A DNA stretch of 62,373 nucleotides, counting the filler, from Chiloscyllium plagiosum (Eukaryota), in assembly GCF_004010195.1 (NCBI RefSeq). It is 3 parts of one record of this genome, joined end to end, with 100 filler letters (N's around TTAATTAATTAA, not from the genome) between each part and the next. Parts side by side here need not be neighbours in the genome. Positions count along the whole stretch, not along the records: positions 1 to 30,738 come from NC_057712.1; positions 30,839 to 48,249 come from NC_057712.1; 1 more part is not named here. The stretch is one strand, 5' to 3'. Both the position numbers and the translations under genes were made by a program. Positions 25,228-38,894 of the stretch are shown here, piece after piece; position 1 is the stretch's first letter; every line of letters starts with the position of its first letter. The notes beneath the pieces were generated by a model. It was given only the letters and a program-made list of their open reading frames with translations, was not told the DNA's origin and searched no databases.

Positions 25228-25500
25228 GGCGTCACGGTGGCTCAGTGGTTAGCACTGCTGCCTCACCAGGTTCCCAGGTTTAATACAGCCTCGGGTGACT
25301 GTCTGTGTGGAGTTTGCATATCCTCCCCGTGTTTGTGTGGGTTTCCTCCGGGTGCTCCGGTTTCCTCCCATGTCCAAAGATGTGCAGGTCAGATGAATTA
25401 GTCAGAGGGAAATGGTTCTGGGTGGGTTACTCTTCGGAGGGTCGGTGTGGACTGGTTGGGCCGAAGGGCCTGTTTCCACACTGAAGGGAATCTAATCTAA
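25228..25500 (+). mobile_element. HE1/V-SINE
   Basis: cacggtggctcagtggttagcactgctgcc head, V domain, gaatctaatctaa tail. Confidence 0.9.
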
Positions 25501-25504
25501 ACTA

Positions 25505-26630
25505 CAATATAGCACAAGAACAGGCCCTTCAGCCAACCATGTTTTTGCCAATCAAGAAGCTATTCTAAACTAATCCCATCTGCCTGCACATGGTCCATAT
25601 TGCTTTATTCCCTGCCTGTGGCTGTTGAAATTCTTCATAAATATTGATATCCTATCTGTTTCTACCACCTCCCCTGGCAGAATGATCCAGGACCGACAAT
25701 TCTCTATGTTTGAAAAAAACTTGCCTCGCATATCTCCTTTAAATTTTTCTCCTTTTACCTTAACCTATGTCCCCTAGAATTTGACATTTCCATCCTGGGA
25801 AAAAGACATTGATATTCCACTCTATCCATATCTGTCATAATTTTATACACTTTACCAGGTCACTCCTCTGCCTCCAATGCTCTGGCGAAAATAGTCCAAG
25901 TTTGTCCAACTTCCCTATAAGCTAATACACTGAATCCAGGCAACATCCTGGTAAATCTCTTTTGTACCCCTCCAGATCCTCCACATCCTTACTATAATGC
26001 AGTGACCAGAACTGCACATAATATTCCAAATGTGGCCTAAATAAAGTCTTATACAGCTGCTATATGACGACAACCTTAATACTCAGTGCCCCAGCTGATG
26101 AAGGCAAACATGCCATATGCCACCATTACCACCTTACCCAGTGTTGCCACTTTCAGAGAGCTATGGACTCCAAGATCCCTCTGTATATAAATGCTCCTAA
26201 GGGTCCTGCTATTTACTGTATATTTTCATCTTGCACTTGACATCCCAAAACTCACCCCCTCACACTTGTCCAGATTAAGCTCCATCTGTAATTTCCCCAC
26301 TCAGTTTTCCAATCTGCTGTATTCTTTGACAATCTACCTCACTATCCACCGCTCCACCAAAGTTTATGCCATCTACAAATTTACTAATCAGACCACGTAC
26401 ATTTTCATATCTTGGAAACAACAGCGATCCCTGCAGAATACCAATAGTAACAGACTTCCAATTAAAAAACACTACTCTCTATCTTCCAGGACCAAGTCAA
26501 TTTTGTATCAATTACAATTCACTGTGGATCCCACTGTGTGACGTAATATTCTGGACCAGCATATCATGAGATACCTTGTCAAATACATGTAGACAACATC
26601 CCTGCCCTACATTCATCAATCATCTTCATG
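25505..26630 (-). mobile_element. CR1 RT plus 3' fragment
   Basis: ORF 26275-26472(-) GILQGS...LISKFVDG, followed by 3'UTR sequence. Confidence 0.8.
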
Positions 26631-27610
26631 ATCCTGCTCTGTCATATAGTAAGATAATGGCTGAACATCTACATCATCTCCTGCTTCCCATTCCATCTTC
26701 TTTCCTCTAGACTCTCTTGTTAACAAAACTCCTACATATCAGTTTAATTGAATAGTAGAATAAAATACAGGGACAGAATGGTCTGTCAGTGCTTTTATGT
26801 TCGTGGTTATACATATGAAAGGAATTAGTCAAACTTCATCAACTTTCTTTTGAACTGGAATTTTTTTTCCTGCCACCTCGTTATATTTTCTAAAAGATTG
26901 TTTATGTGGATTATTATTTTTGTTTTGTTACCAGTTAGACAGATGACTATCAATGAAAAGGATCTAAAATATTTAAAAGTTGCACTATTAAGGCTATTAA
27001 GCAAGTATCCTTTGAGAAGCTGAAAGTATGACTTCCTGTATAAGCTGTTTATATATGTGACAAACAAGTACATAATGCATGCAAGGCTTGTATTTATTGA
27101 TATTTAAAATCAGATTTAGTTAATATATATTAAATATGGGAAATGGTCTCAGAAAATGCAAAGATCTTGTACTTGTAAATGGCACTGAACATTCATTCAT
27201 TGGAAGTACATATGAAAAACATGTAAAACCTAGAATAAAATCAAAACATCCAGGTTAGTGCCTTTATATACAGTCCAGAGTACCTGTGGATGCTGACCCA
27301 GGAAGGAAAAGTTAGGAGGGGGTGACAGAAAGATTAGTCACAAATTGAGTTTTAAGATTCGTCTTTAAGGAAAAAGGGAAATGTCAAGAGAAATAACATT
27401 CACCAAGTTGTATTATATGTTTCATTAAAAAGGTTTATTGATTTATACTAACTCACTGGAAAAGATAAATGAGAATGATATTGCCTTTGAAAACCCCTTT
27501 GATTAATTCATTTACTGATATAAGTTAAATTTAACTATGCTGTTGAGATATTATGCACGTTATTTTTCCAGAATAATTGCTGATGAGACCCAAATCTTAA
27601 TTTTTAACAG

Positions 27611-27735
27611 GTTGGAGATCTACCAGATGCAGAAATAAAGCCACCTGAAAATGTGCTGTTTGTTTGTAAACTCAATCCAGTCACCACAGATGAAGACTTA
27701 GAGGTCATTTTTTCAAGATTTGGGCCAATCAAGAG
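27611..27735 (+). CDS. PPIL4: PPIL4 coding exon (exon 8 equivalent), start of RRM
   Basis: tttttaacAG acceptor, 125 nt, GTactt donor. [41 protein letters not shown], with RNP2 LFVCKL. Confidence 0.97.
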
Positions 27736-28014
27736 GTACTTTTTTGTGAATCTATTGATGATAATGTTCCATGACATTGAACTAGTTTTTATCTCAAATG
27801 TTACTTAAAATGTTGATCATCAGTTGACTCTTAATTATCTTTTGAAGTGGGTGAGTAAACCAGTCAAACTATGAAACAAATAGTAAAATATGACAAGAAT
27901 TAAACTGTACAGGCCACTAAGTAGTGATTAAGGTATCAAATCAGGATACGTCAAGGATCCACTAAGCCTAGTCAAGCCTGGCAAAATAACACCCTGGCTA
28001 TGATGTGATCTGAC

Positions 28015-28765
28015 TTTTTTTGTAAATATATGTATTAGCAAAATTTTTTAACTTTGTATTTTTCAATAATTTTATATGTTTATAATCAATAACAAATATC
28101 AGTATAATAAAAAGAAAAAAAACAAGTTACAATACAGTGGTTACTGTCTACTAACCACTAACCTACCCTATAATACAAAACAAACCCTAACACTCTGCAA
28201 AGCAACACCAAAAAGAAAAGCAAAAAAACCCAAAAAATACAGAACGGCTATGCTCGGCGCAAAGTTCCCAAACAAAGGAACGGGAGCATTGTATATGTAC
28301 CCATATTAACCAAGGAGACCCCCTCCAGTGTCTAGGGCTTGACAAATCTAACCTTCCTGGTTAAGCAAATGCCCTAGTTAAGATAACTGACAAATCTATA
28401 TCCAAATAACTCAAGTAGAATTGCCATTTCTTATAAAAGTGGTCTATTGTGTCGTGCACCATGTTTGGAAAAAAAAGTCCAAGGGAATGTGCTTCATAAT
28501 TAATTTCTGCCATCCCAGCAAGCCCAGAGGGTTCTCAGACACCCAATTCATCAGAATATTCTTCTGTGCACAGTATGCAAGAATATTAAATAGTTTCTTC
28601 CCAAGCCCATCTAAAGATGGTTAATTCAGTAGACCTAAGAGGAAGGATATCTGGTCTACTTTGACTTCAGTCCTCAGTACCCTCCCTATCTCTCCTGCCA
28701 CAGCGCTCCAATAAAACTGAGCCTGTGGCATGTCCAGAAGCATTTGGGGCATGCTAAAGATGACC
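28015..28765 (-). mobile_element. L1-clade LINE 3' end (older copy)
   Basis: Poly-T at 28015, A-rich reverse 3'UTR, and an ORF2 C-terminus paralogous to 29100-29500. Confidence 0.8.
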
Positions 28766-28766
28766 C

Positions 28767-30738
28767 TTTTTTTTAATAGATATTTTTATTAGAAATTTAA
28801 CATTTTTACAAGTTTACAAAAATAAACAAAACTCTCAAATATAAACATTGATATACAATTAAATCAAATATACAATAGCCAAAATTTAACAAAAGAAAAA
28901 AAATACTGAAAAAGGAAAAAAAGACAACAAAACGCAACTATCTACTAATCTAACCTACAACTAACCAGAATGTATATTTAAGTCTCTTACATGCTCGGAA
29001 TGTGTTAACATCAGATGTAATAAAACCCGTATTCGTGCGGGATTCCTCTCCTAAGGGGCCCTGGACCAGCCAGGTTTGTAATATCAATTAAATAAAAGCC
29101 CTTGTTAGGATAGCCAAAATATCTGTATTTATGTAATTCAAGAAGGGCTGCCATATTTTATAAAATAATTCGGTCTTTCGGTGCACCATATTTGTAAGGA
29201 AGTCAAGGGGGAATACATTCCATAATTAATCTGTGCCAATTTGAAAGTCCAGGGGGGCCCTCAGCACCCAGATCACCAAAATATTTTTCCTTGCACAGAA
29301 AGAAAGAATAGAAAATAGTCTCTTCCCGTACATGTCCAGGGAGGGAAAATTCGAAAAGCCCAAAAGGAGAGATACAGGGTCCACTTTAATTTCCGTTCCT
29401 AAAATTTCTGTCAGGGTACTTGCTACTTTAGTCCAATATCTACGGATCTTATGACAGGTCCATAGGCAATGTACAAGAATGCCCACCTCTATTTTGCATT
29501 TGGGACACATTGGAGATGCTCCTGCCTTAAAATTTGCCAGTCGAACCGATGCTATATGGGCCCTATGAAGTATCTTCAGCTGGATAGCCTGGGTTCTGTT
29601 AACAGATAGTAATTCTTCTAGCATTTTCCCAAATATCATTCCATGTTTCTATAGAGATTTCTAGTCCCAAATCCTGATCCCATGTTTTAAGCAGATTATC
29701 CATATCTCCCGATACTTCATCATGTAGTAAATGATAAATAGTACTAACGGAAGATACCCCCATTGGTCGTAGGACACTACATTCTCTCTCTGATTTATAA
29801 AGACTATCTAATAACGTAGTCTTCTTCTGTATATAATCTCGAATTTGAAAGTATCGAGAAAGGTCTCCATTAGGTAATCTGAATTTCTGACGCAGCTGTT
29901 CAAAAGACATCAGGACCTCATCCTTAACTGGGTCCCCTAAACATGAGATACCTCTGGATCTCCAGAGTTTAAAAGTGGCATCTGTAAACCCCGGTTGGAA
30001 TCCCCATGCTCCCACTATCGGTGCATAGGGGGATGTTTTATGTGAGTTGCCCTCATTTTGCCGCATTATATTCCAAGCCTTAATTGTGTTTAGTATTATA
30101 GGGTTTTTATAGTGATCTGTAATGATTTTCCTCTTGTCTGAAAATAAAAGGTTAATAAGTGGATATTTTACTTGAGAGGCCTCGATGTCCAACCAGATTG
30201 GGCTTTGTCTGATCCACAATCAATCAGCTATGTAACTTAACTGATATTTCCTAAAGTCTGGGAAGTCCAATCCTCCCCTTGTCTGTGGAAGCTGTAGCTT
30301 CTTCAGCTTAATGAGGGGCCATCTATGATTCCAGATAAAGGAACCCAGCCAGCCATATAATTTGCGTAGAGCCGTCCTCGGCAGCATCACCGGAAGCATT
30401 CTCATAGGATATAGGAGACGGGGCAGGACATTCATTTTGATTAGTGCTATTCTACCCAACCAGGAAATTGGAAGGTCTCCCCATCGCTGGAGGTCCTGCC
30501 TTATCCTTTCCAGTAAATGCACAAAATTAGCCTTTTACAACTGACCAAATACTGGGGTAATAAAAATGCGTAAATATAAGAAGCCCTCCAGGGACCAACG
30601 AAAGGGAAAAAGGGATCCGTCCACTAAGTGGGGTGTCATAGCAAGGCCACCCATTGGCATAGCCTCCGATTTTGAAAAATTAATTTTATAGCCTGAGAAT
30701 GCGCTAAATGTATTAATAACTTGGATTAGGCAAGGTAC
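28767..30738 (-). mobile_element. L1-clade LINE ORF2 C-terminal part plus 3'UTR, cut by gap
   Basis: GRIALIKMNVLPRLLY, GGLDFPDF and CCHC-type CPKCK..HCLWTC motifs. Poly-T end at about 28767, abutting the older L1. Confidence 0.9.
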
Positions 30739-30838
30739 NNNNNNNNNNNNNNNNNNNNNNNNNNNNNNNNNNNNNNNNNNNNTTAATTAATTAANNNNNN
30801 NNNNNNNNNNNNNNNNNNNNNNNNNNNNNNNNNNNNNN
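30739..30838. other. Assembly gap with artificial six-frame-stop linker
   Basis: N44-TTAATTAATTAA-N44, exactly 100 nt. Confidence 0.95.
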
Positions 30839-31068
30839 AGAGGGTGGTACGTGTATGAAATGAGCTGCCAGAGGATGTGGTGGACGCTGGTACAATTGCA
30901 ACATTTAAGAGGCATTTGGATGGGTATATGAATAGGAAGGGTTTGCAGTGATATGGGCCGGGTGCTGGCAGGTGGGACAAGATTGAGTTGGGATATCTGG
31001 TCGGCATGGACAGGTTGGACCGAAGGGTCTGTTTCCATGCTGTACATCTCTATGACTCTATGACTCTA
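30839..31068 (+). mobile_element. Young CR1 3' tail
   Basis: Ends in (ctatgact)n. Confidence 0.9.
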
Positions 31069-31923
31069 AAAGTAGAGGAGCAGCTATACTGGTAAGAAGA
31101 AACCTCCCATTCCAAGTAATTGAGCAAATTAAGGATGAACATTCTTAAAGCTCTAATACATGGAGAAGAATATGGCGTCCTGAACATTCATTGTTCCCAG
31201 GCGCACCTTCTTAAATTCCTAATTGATGCAGTTGCTAAACTAATGAATCTTGGGGTGCGGCATATGATCATAGGAGGGGATTTAACCATCAAATGGATCC
31301 CAGGGTAGACAGGATGGTAAGGGGCCACGCAGTCTAAGCAATTGGTGAACATGTGTGAGGAGTTGGGATTAGTGGATGTGTGGAGGTATCTCCACCCTAA
31401 TGGAAGAGTTTTTACTTTTTATTCCAACCCACACAAGTGCCACACATGAACTGACATGTTCCTTATGCAATCGCTCTGTTTGGAACATTGGCTTGCAAAA
31501 TTGGGAATATAACTACCTCAGACCATGCACCAGTGTATTTAGATGTTAAAGCCAAGGCTGGTGGAATAGATGTACGGCACCGGCATGTGGACCCATTCCT
31601 GTTAAGGAATAGCAAATTTGTTGAGTGTATTACAAGAGAGTACATGGCCTTCTGGGATATCAACTCTGGTATGGCCAGTTATCCAGCAATACTATGGGAG
31701 GCCACTAAGGCATATTTATGAGGCCTGATCATTTTGTATTCAATGACTAGAAGAAGGCAGAGGCGGGAGCAGCAATGGATGCTGGAGGCCCAGCTGAAGG
31801 TAGCTGAAGTGGCATATTATAATAGGCCTTCATTGGTCAAGCTGCAGCGAGTCACGGCTCTCCGGGCTGCTCTTGATTCATTGGACACACAGGTGGCCAA
31901 AAAAGAGGTCTCCTTTGCTAAAC

Positions 31924-32231
31924 GAGGGGTCATAGTTTTAAGCTGTTAACATTGTTAACGTGAGGGGGTCATAGTTTTAAGCTGTTTGGCGGAAAGTATA
32001 GAGGGGATGTCAGAGGCGGGTTCTTTACGCAGAGAGTTGTGAGAGCATGGAATGCATTGCCAGCAGCAACTGTGGAAGCGAGGTCACTGGGGATATTTAA
32101 GAGACTGCTGGACATGCACATGTTCACAGAAATTTGAGGGTTCGTACATTAGGTTTACCTTACATGAGGATCAATGGTCGGCGCAACATCGTGGGCTGAA
32201 GGGCCTGTTCTGTGCTGTACTGTTCTATGTT
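31924..32231 (+). mobile_element. CR1 3' tail nested in L1
   Basis: (gttctat)n tail, possible ctaaac TSD, and a duplicated 5' segment gaggggtcatagttttaagctgtt. Confidence 0.8.
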
Positions 32232-33411
32232 CTAAACAAAGATTATTTGAATTTGGAGATAAGCCAGGTAGATATCTTGCATATCTGGCTAGAAAGAAAA
32301 ATGCTTCCCAATCCATTATATCTATCAGAGAGAAGGCTGACACGGTTACCCATGAGTTGAAGAAGATCAATGCTAGATTTTGGGAATACTTTGCAGAGGG
32401 CGGCGAAGACAGTGCAGCGAGTAGTCCTTTTTTGAGAACCTGGACCTCCCCGGGATAAACGCAAAACAGGCCTCTCTGTTAAATGTGCCAAGGATGACAC
32501 AAGAGGTGCAGTAAGCAATAACGCATCTCCAGGGTGGCAAAGCACTGGAGGCAGATGGATTCCCGAGTGAGTTTTATAAGTAATTCATAAACGTGTTGGT
32601 GGAGCATGTTTGGGGATGTATAACCACTCATATACACAGGATTGTCTTCCGCCCTCTCTTAGGGAGGCTAATGTCTCCCTCATTTTAAAGAAGGGGAAAG
32701 ACCTGAAGAATGTGCTTCAATCAGACCAATTTCATTGTTGGATGTGGACTTTAAAATTCTGTCAAAGGTGCTGGCCCTGAGGTTGGAAAAGATTTTGCCC
32801 TACATTATGAAAAAAGATCAGACAGGTTTTATTAAGGGCTGTAACTCCTCCAACAATATCAGGAGGGTACTGAACATAGTGCAGATATGCCAGCAAAGAT
32901 TGATCCTGGGTTTGGTGGTCTCCCTAGAAAAAGCATTTGATCAGATAGAATGACTGTACCTGTTTGGGGTCCTAGAACGCTTTGGTCTGGGGGGAGCCTT
33001 TGCGAGGTGGGTGACGGCATTATACAATGGGGCGTGGTGGGAGTTGAGGGGGAATCCTTCTGGACTTGAAGAGATATCAAATAAGTGCTCTGTTACCATA
33101 TATGGGTGACTGGGTACGTGGGGTATTCCGGGTCGATTTGGCTTGATGTTGACGCCTCACAGTCGCGATGTCCCCTAGTTAATCTATTATATATGGATAA
33201 AATGAAATCCATGACCGATCAATGTAAGAACCCAATCATTTTGAATATTGTGAAGGCTTGGAGGATAATGAGGCAAGGTGAGGGCAATTGGCTTAAGACC
33301 TCGCTGTTTACCTCTTGGTGGGATCTGCAGGATTTAAACCTGAGGCAATGAATTCTGCATTTAAGGCATGGGAGAATAAAGGAATCTCTTGTTTGGGAGA
33401 TCTATTCGAGG

Positions 33412-33696
33412 TTAAAAATGTGTTGCTGGAAAAGCGCAGCAGGTCAGGAAGCATCAAAGGAACAGGAGAATCGACGTTTCGGGCATAAGCCTTTCTTCAG
33501 GAATGAGAAGGGTGTGCCAAGCAGGCTAAGATAAAAGGTAGGGAGGAGGGACTTGGGGGAGGGGCGTTGGGAATACGATAGGTGGAAGGAAGTTGATTCT
33601 CCTGTTTTTTTGATGCTGCCTGACCTGCTGCGCTTTTCCGGCAGAACATTTTTAAACTCTGATCTCCAGCATCTGCAGTCCTTACTTTCTCCCTCC
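33412..33696. mobile_element. Penelope inverted terminal insert (family A) nested in L1
   Basis: TSD agatctattcgagg (33398-33411) and agatttatttgagg (33697-33710). Minus-strand hammerhead CTGAAGA..GAAACGTC at about 33469-33504. Confidence 0.85.
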
Positions 33697-34867
33697 AGAT
33701 TTATTTGAGGGGGAGAACTTAATGTTGTTTAGTCAACTAAGTCAGAAATATGGATTGTCTTGGAAAAGGGACCTTTTCTGGTACTTTCAGATAAGTGATT
33801 ATATTCAGAGGAGGACCACACTCCTGGCTCAGCCTTACAAGTCCGACATGGAGAAAAGAGTGCTCCGGTGCACGGGCGCTCTTTCAGTTAGTCCTCTGTA
33901 TCATTTACAGAAAGGGCATGCCTTAGGAAATGTGGAAAGACTCTTTGGGACTTGGAATCGGGAACTAGGAGACGATATTTCATTGGAAACGTGGGAAGAT
34001 AGATGGGAAAATGTAAAGAAAATCTCAATATGTAACAAAACGCAGGCCATGCAAATTGAAGATTTTACACAGGGCTCATATGGAGCCAGCTAAGTTCAAG
34101 AGAGGAGCGTCTCCAGGGTATCCCAAATGTAAAAATAGTATAGGCACTCGTACACACTGCTTTTGGTCATGTTGCAAGATCTGGAGATACTGGAGTGCCA
34201 TAGTAAGGGAGCTGAAGGAAATCCTGGGAATTGAAGTCAAGGTGGATCAGGTATTTCTTCTTCTGGGTTTGCCAAATTTGCCCTCTCTGGGGGAACATGG
34301 GAAGAGACTGTGTAACATTCTTATGCAGTGTGCGAGGGAGAACTTTCTAATGAATTGAATGTTGGAAAACTCCCCAGGTCTTTTGGGATGGCACAGGCTG
34401 GTATTGGAGCATCTCCCCAAGACCACCTCACAAATATGGTGCACCATAAAACGGAGCAGTTTTATAAGACATGGCAGTCCTTTCTAAATTATATTGATGC
34501 AGACTTATCGGCAATATTAATCAAGGCTTTGATAGAGCCATGTGAGTCAGTTTGGGCACCCCTAGGGGTCCTGGGAGGGGGAAGCTGGAAAAAATACAGG
34601 TACTTTGCCTGGTGGTCCCAGGGGTGGGAGCTTCAGTGGAGATGTGGTGAGTGAAATAGAATAAAGTAATGTGACGCAATTTAAGTTAATTTGATACAGT
34701 CGTTCTGGTAGAATAGTAGGTAGTTTATTATCAATATTATTGTGATATGACACTGTTGTACTAATTCTATCTTTTTGTATTTTGGTATTTTTAAAATATA
34801 TATAGTTGCTTTTGTTAAAGATTTAAAGAACTTTTTAATAAAAATATTTATATAAAAAAAAGGAAAG

Positions 34868-37139
34868 GAGAGATCACCCTGTTGGGAGTTTTTTTATAGG
34901 CCTCTGAATAATTCCAGAGATGTAGAGGAAAGGATAGCAAAGATGATTCTGGATAGGAGTGAGAGTAACAGGGTAGTTGTTATGGGGACTTTAACTTTCC
35001 AAATATTGATTGGAAATACTATAGTTCAAGTACATTAGTTGGGCCAGTTTTTCTCCAATGTGTGCAGGATGGTTTCCTGACACAGTATGCAGACAAGCCA
35101 ACAAGGGGCAAGGCCATGTTGGATTTGGTATTGGGTAATTAACCCAACCAGGAGTAGATTTGGAGGTAGGTGAGCTCTTTAGAGATAGTGACCACGATTT
35201 GTTTATGTTTACCTTAGCGATGGAACGGAATTGTTATACACCGCAGGGCAAGAGTTATAACTGGGGGAAAGGCAATAATGATGTGATTTGTAAGATTTAG
35301 GATGTGTAGGATGGGGTAGGAAACTGCAGCGGGTGGGCACAATTGAAATGTAGAGCTTATTCAAGAAACAGCTATTGTGGGTCCTTGATAAGTATGCACC
35401 TGTCAGGCAGGGAGGAAGTGGCTGAGTGAGGGAACCGTTGTTACTAAGAAAGTTGGATCTCTTGTTAAGACGAAGAAGAAGGCTTACGTTAGGATAAGAC
35501 ATGAAGGCTCAGTTAGGTTGCTCGAGAGTTACAAGTTAGTCAGGAAAGACCTAAAGCGAGAACTAACAAGAGCCTGGAGGGAACATGAGAAGTCGTTGGC
35601 AGATAGGATCAAGGAAAACCTTAAAGCTTTCTAAAGGTAGATCAGGAATAAACAAATGACAAGTGTAAGATTAGGGCCAATCAAGGACAGTAGTGGGAAG
35701 TTGTGTGTGGAGTCCGAGGGTATAGGAGAATTGTTAAATGAATATTTTTCATTGGTAATCACACTGGAAAAAGACAATGCTGACTAGGAGAGTACTGAGA
35801 TATAGGCTACTAGACTAGATGGGATTCAGGTTCACAAGGAGGAGATGTTAGCAATTCTGCAAAGTGTGAAAATAGATAAGTCCCCTGGACTGGACGGGAT
35901 TTATTCAAGGATTCTCTGGGAAGCCAGGGAGGAGATTGCAGAGCCTCTGGCTTTGATCTTTATGTCATCATTATCTACAAGAATAATGCCAGAAGACTGG
36001 AGAATAGCAAATGTTGTCCTCTTGTTCAAGAAGGGGAGTAGAGACAACCCTGGAAATTATTGACCTGTGAGCCGTAAGGGTAAAGTGTTGGAAAAGGTTA
36101 TAAAAGATAGGATTTATAATCATCGAGAAAGGAATAAGTTGATCAGAGATAGTCAACACAGTTTTGTGAAGGGTAGTTGTGCCTCACAAACCTTATTGAG
36201 TTCTTTGAGAAGGTAACCAAACATGTGGATGAGGGTTGATGTAGTGTATATGAATTTCAGTAAATCATTTGATAAGGTTTTCCATGGTAGGCTATTGCAC
36301 AAAATACAGGCATGGAGTTGAGGGTGATTTAGCAATTTGGATTAGAAATTGGCTAGCTGAAAGAAGACAGAAAATGGTGATTGATGGGAAATGGCGTTGA
36401 GTTACTGGCGGTGTACCGCAAAGATCTGTTTTATGTCTACTGCTGTTTGTCATTTTTATAAGTGACCTGGAAAAGGAAAAGGGTTAGTAAATTTGCAGAT
36501 GACACTAAGGTTGGTGGAGTTGTGGACAGTGCTGAAGAATAAAGTGTACTGGGCTAATGTAAAGATTCTTGGAAGCGTAGATGAGCAGAGAGCTCTCGGG
36601 GTCCATGTTCATGGATCCCTGAAAGTTGCCACCCAGGTTGATTGGGTTGTTAAGAGGTCATAAAGTGTGTTAGCTTTTATTTGAAGAGGGATTGAGTTTT
36701 GGAGCCACAAGGTCATGTTGCAGCTACACAACTCTGGTGCGACCTCATTTGGAGTATTGCGTACAGTTCTGGTCACCCTATTATAGAAAGGATGTGGAAA
36801 GTTTGGAGCGTTCAGAGGCGATTTACTAGGATGTTGCCTGGTATGGAGGGAAGGCTTATGAGGCTGAGGGAATTGAGGCTGTTTTCATTAGAGAGAAGAA
36901 TGTTGAGAGGTGACTTAATTGAGACATATAGGTTCTTTACTCAGAGAGTAGTAGGGGTGTGGAACGCCTTGCCTGCAACAGTTGTAGATTTGCCAACTTT
37001 AAGGGCATTTAAATGGTCATTGGATAAACATATGGATGAAAATGGAATAGCATAGGATACATAGGCTTCAGATAGGTTCCACAGGTTGGCACAACATCAA
37101 GGGCCGAAGAGCCTGTACTGCACTGTAATGTTCTATGTT
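34868..37139 (+). mobile_element. CR1 ORF2 (EN-RT-3' tail), decayed
   Basis: KSPGLDGIYSRILWEAREEIAEPLALIF, PEDWRIANVV and [10 protein letters not shown] motifs, with a gttctatgtt tail. Confidence 0.9.
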
Positions 37140-37371
37140 ATACATAAAAGGTACGAGAGATGCAAGTGTGGACAGTGAACTGCTGAAGAATGCAGCTGGA
37201 GAAGTAGTAGTGGGGAATGGTGTCCAGATAGGTTCCACAGGTTGGCACAACATCAAGGGCCGAAGAGCCTTGTAATGTTCTATGTTATATATAAAAGGTA
37301 CGAGAGCTGCAAGTGTGGACAGTGAACTGCTGAAGAATGCAGCTGGAGAAGTAGTAGTGGGGAATGGTGTC
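37069..37371. repeat. Recent tandem duplication, units of about 156 and 147 bp
   Basis: Units 37069-37224 and 37225-37371 are near-identical and span the CR1 tail plus flank. Confidence 0.92.
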
Positions 37372-38199
37372 TTTCAACATGAAGACTAATGCAAAGTACC
37401 TATTCAGTTCCTCTGCCATTTCTTTCTTCCCCATTACTATTGGACTGTAACCTGGTGTTGTGAACTTTTTAACTTTGTACACCTCAGTCCAACACCGGCA
37501 CCTCCAAACCACAACAGGGACAAGTAAGTTTGAGATTATACACTCTAACAGTGTGAATCTAATTAGTCATATTCCTCTGATATTTTCCCTTTGTCCTTCT
37601 GGAAGTTTCACTGAATCTGGCCCCACTGCGCTTTTAGACAATATGTTACAGATTTGTAACGAATCACCTGAGTAAAATAAATGCTCATCTCCTGGCAACC
37701 TTGACTGTAATTCTATGTCCTCTGCTTGTTGATGTCATGTTAGTTGGAACAGTTTATCTTGTTTACTAAACCACACATAATTTTGAAGCACTGTCCTAAA
37801 TTCCTCCTGAATTTTTCTACTTTATAAAGAACAACCAAACTCCACGAAAATAAACCTCTACTCCTCCCTATTCCAGTAAATTATTTACATTTTAGTTTCA
37901 GAACGTGAATGGTGTCTGCAAATTCAATCTTTCACATTTATTCATTTTGAAGAAGTTTGATACAATTTAACAAACAAGAAACAAATGTAATTGATGTCCA
38001 ATTTCAATTGGATGGAGGGTGAAAGGTGGATTGAAGTGCAGTGTTGGTCAGTGGACATGTTATCCTGAAGGATAGTGTGTGTGTGCCACATCCATTATAC
38101 TGACAGCAGGGGGCAGGAGACACACATAAATCTCACAAGCCCTTAGAAGTATTACTACGTAGTTAAATGCAGCTTTCCTTTTTTTTAACCAAATATGGG

Positions 38200-38890
38200 T
38201 TTAATGGCTGGCCCATGTTTGTTGCCCATCCTTGATTGCCTTTGAGAACAGGATAGTGAACCAGTGCAGTCCATTTGATGTAGTTACATACTGCCCTTTC
38301 CCTTAGCCCGTTTGAAAGTTATTATTGAATTGGTTACGAGAGTTCCAGTATTTGACACAACTACAGTGACGATGTGATATAATTCCAAGTTAGGATGGTG
38401 TGTTGCTTGGAGGCATCTTGCAGATGCTGGTGTTTCCATGAATCTGCTGCCCTGGTCCTTCTAGATAAGGGAGGTTGCAGTTTTGGAAAGTACGGTTGAA
38501 GGAGGCTTTATGAGCTGCTTTAGAGGTTACTGTGTATCGATGATGAAGGAAGTGGCTGTTGAAGGTGATGGATGGATGTCAATCAAATTGGTGACTGTGT
38601 CCTGGTTGGTGCTGAGATGTTTGAGAGTCGTTGGAGCTGCACTAATCCGGACAAGTGGAGGGTATTCTATCATGCTCCTAATTTGTGTTTTGTAGGTAGT
38701 GGATAGCTTTCAGGAGTGAGAAGATGAGTTATTTGGCACACGATACCCAGCATCTGACTTGCTCTTGTAGCCACAGTATTTATATGGCTGATCCAATTTA
38801 GATTTTGGTCAATGGGGGATTCAGCAATGCTAATCCCATTGAGTATGAAGAGATGGTTGGATTCTCTCCTGTTGTAGATGGTCTTTGCCT
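38200..38890 (-). mobile_element. LINE (third CR1-like family) 3' fragment
   Basis: Reverse complement of the family at 40270-42000 (ttgcccatcc tail; ctcttgtagccacagtatttatatggct). Confidence 0.7.
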
Positions 38891-38894
38891 GATG

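Larger units (their letters stand above)
31070..34861 (+). mobile_element. L1-clade LINE ORF2 (EN to 3' end) with RT-core deletion and two nested inserts
   Basis: IIGGD, SDHAPV, LWEATKAYL, DFKILSKVLALRL..DQTGFIKG and CPKCK-like motifs, ending aataaaa plus poly-A. The sequence jumps near 33030 past the YADD region. Confidence 0.88.
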
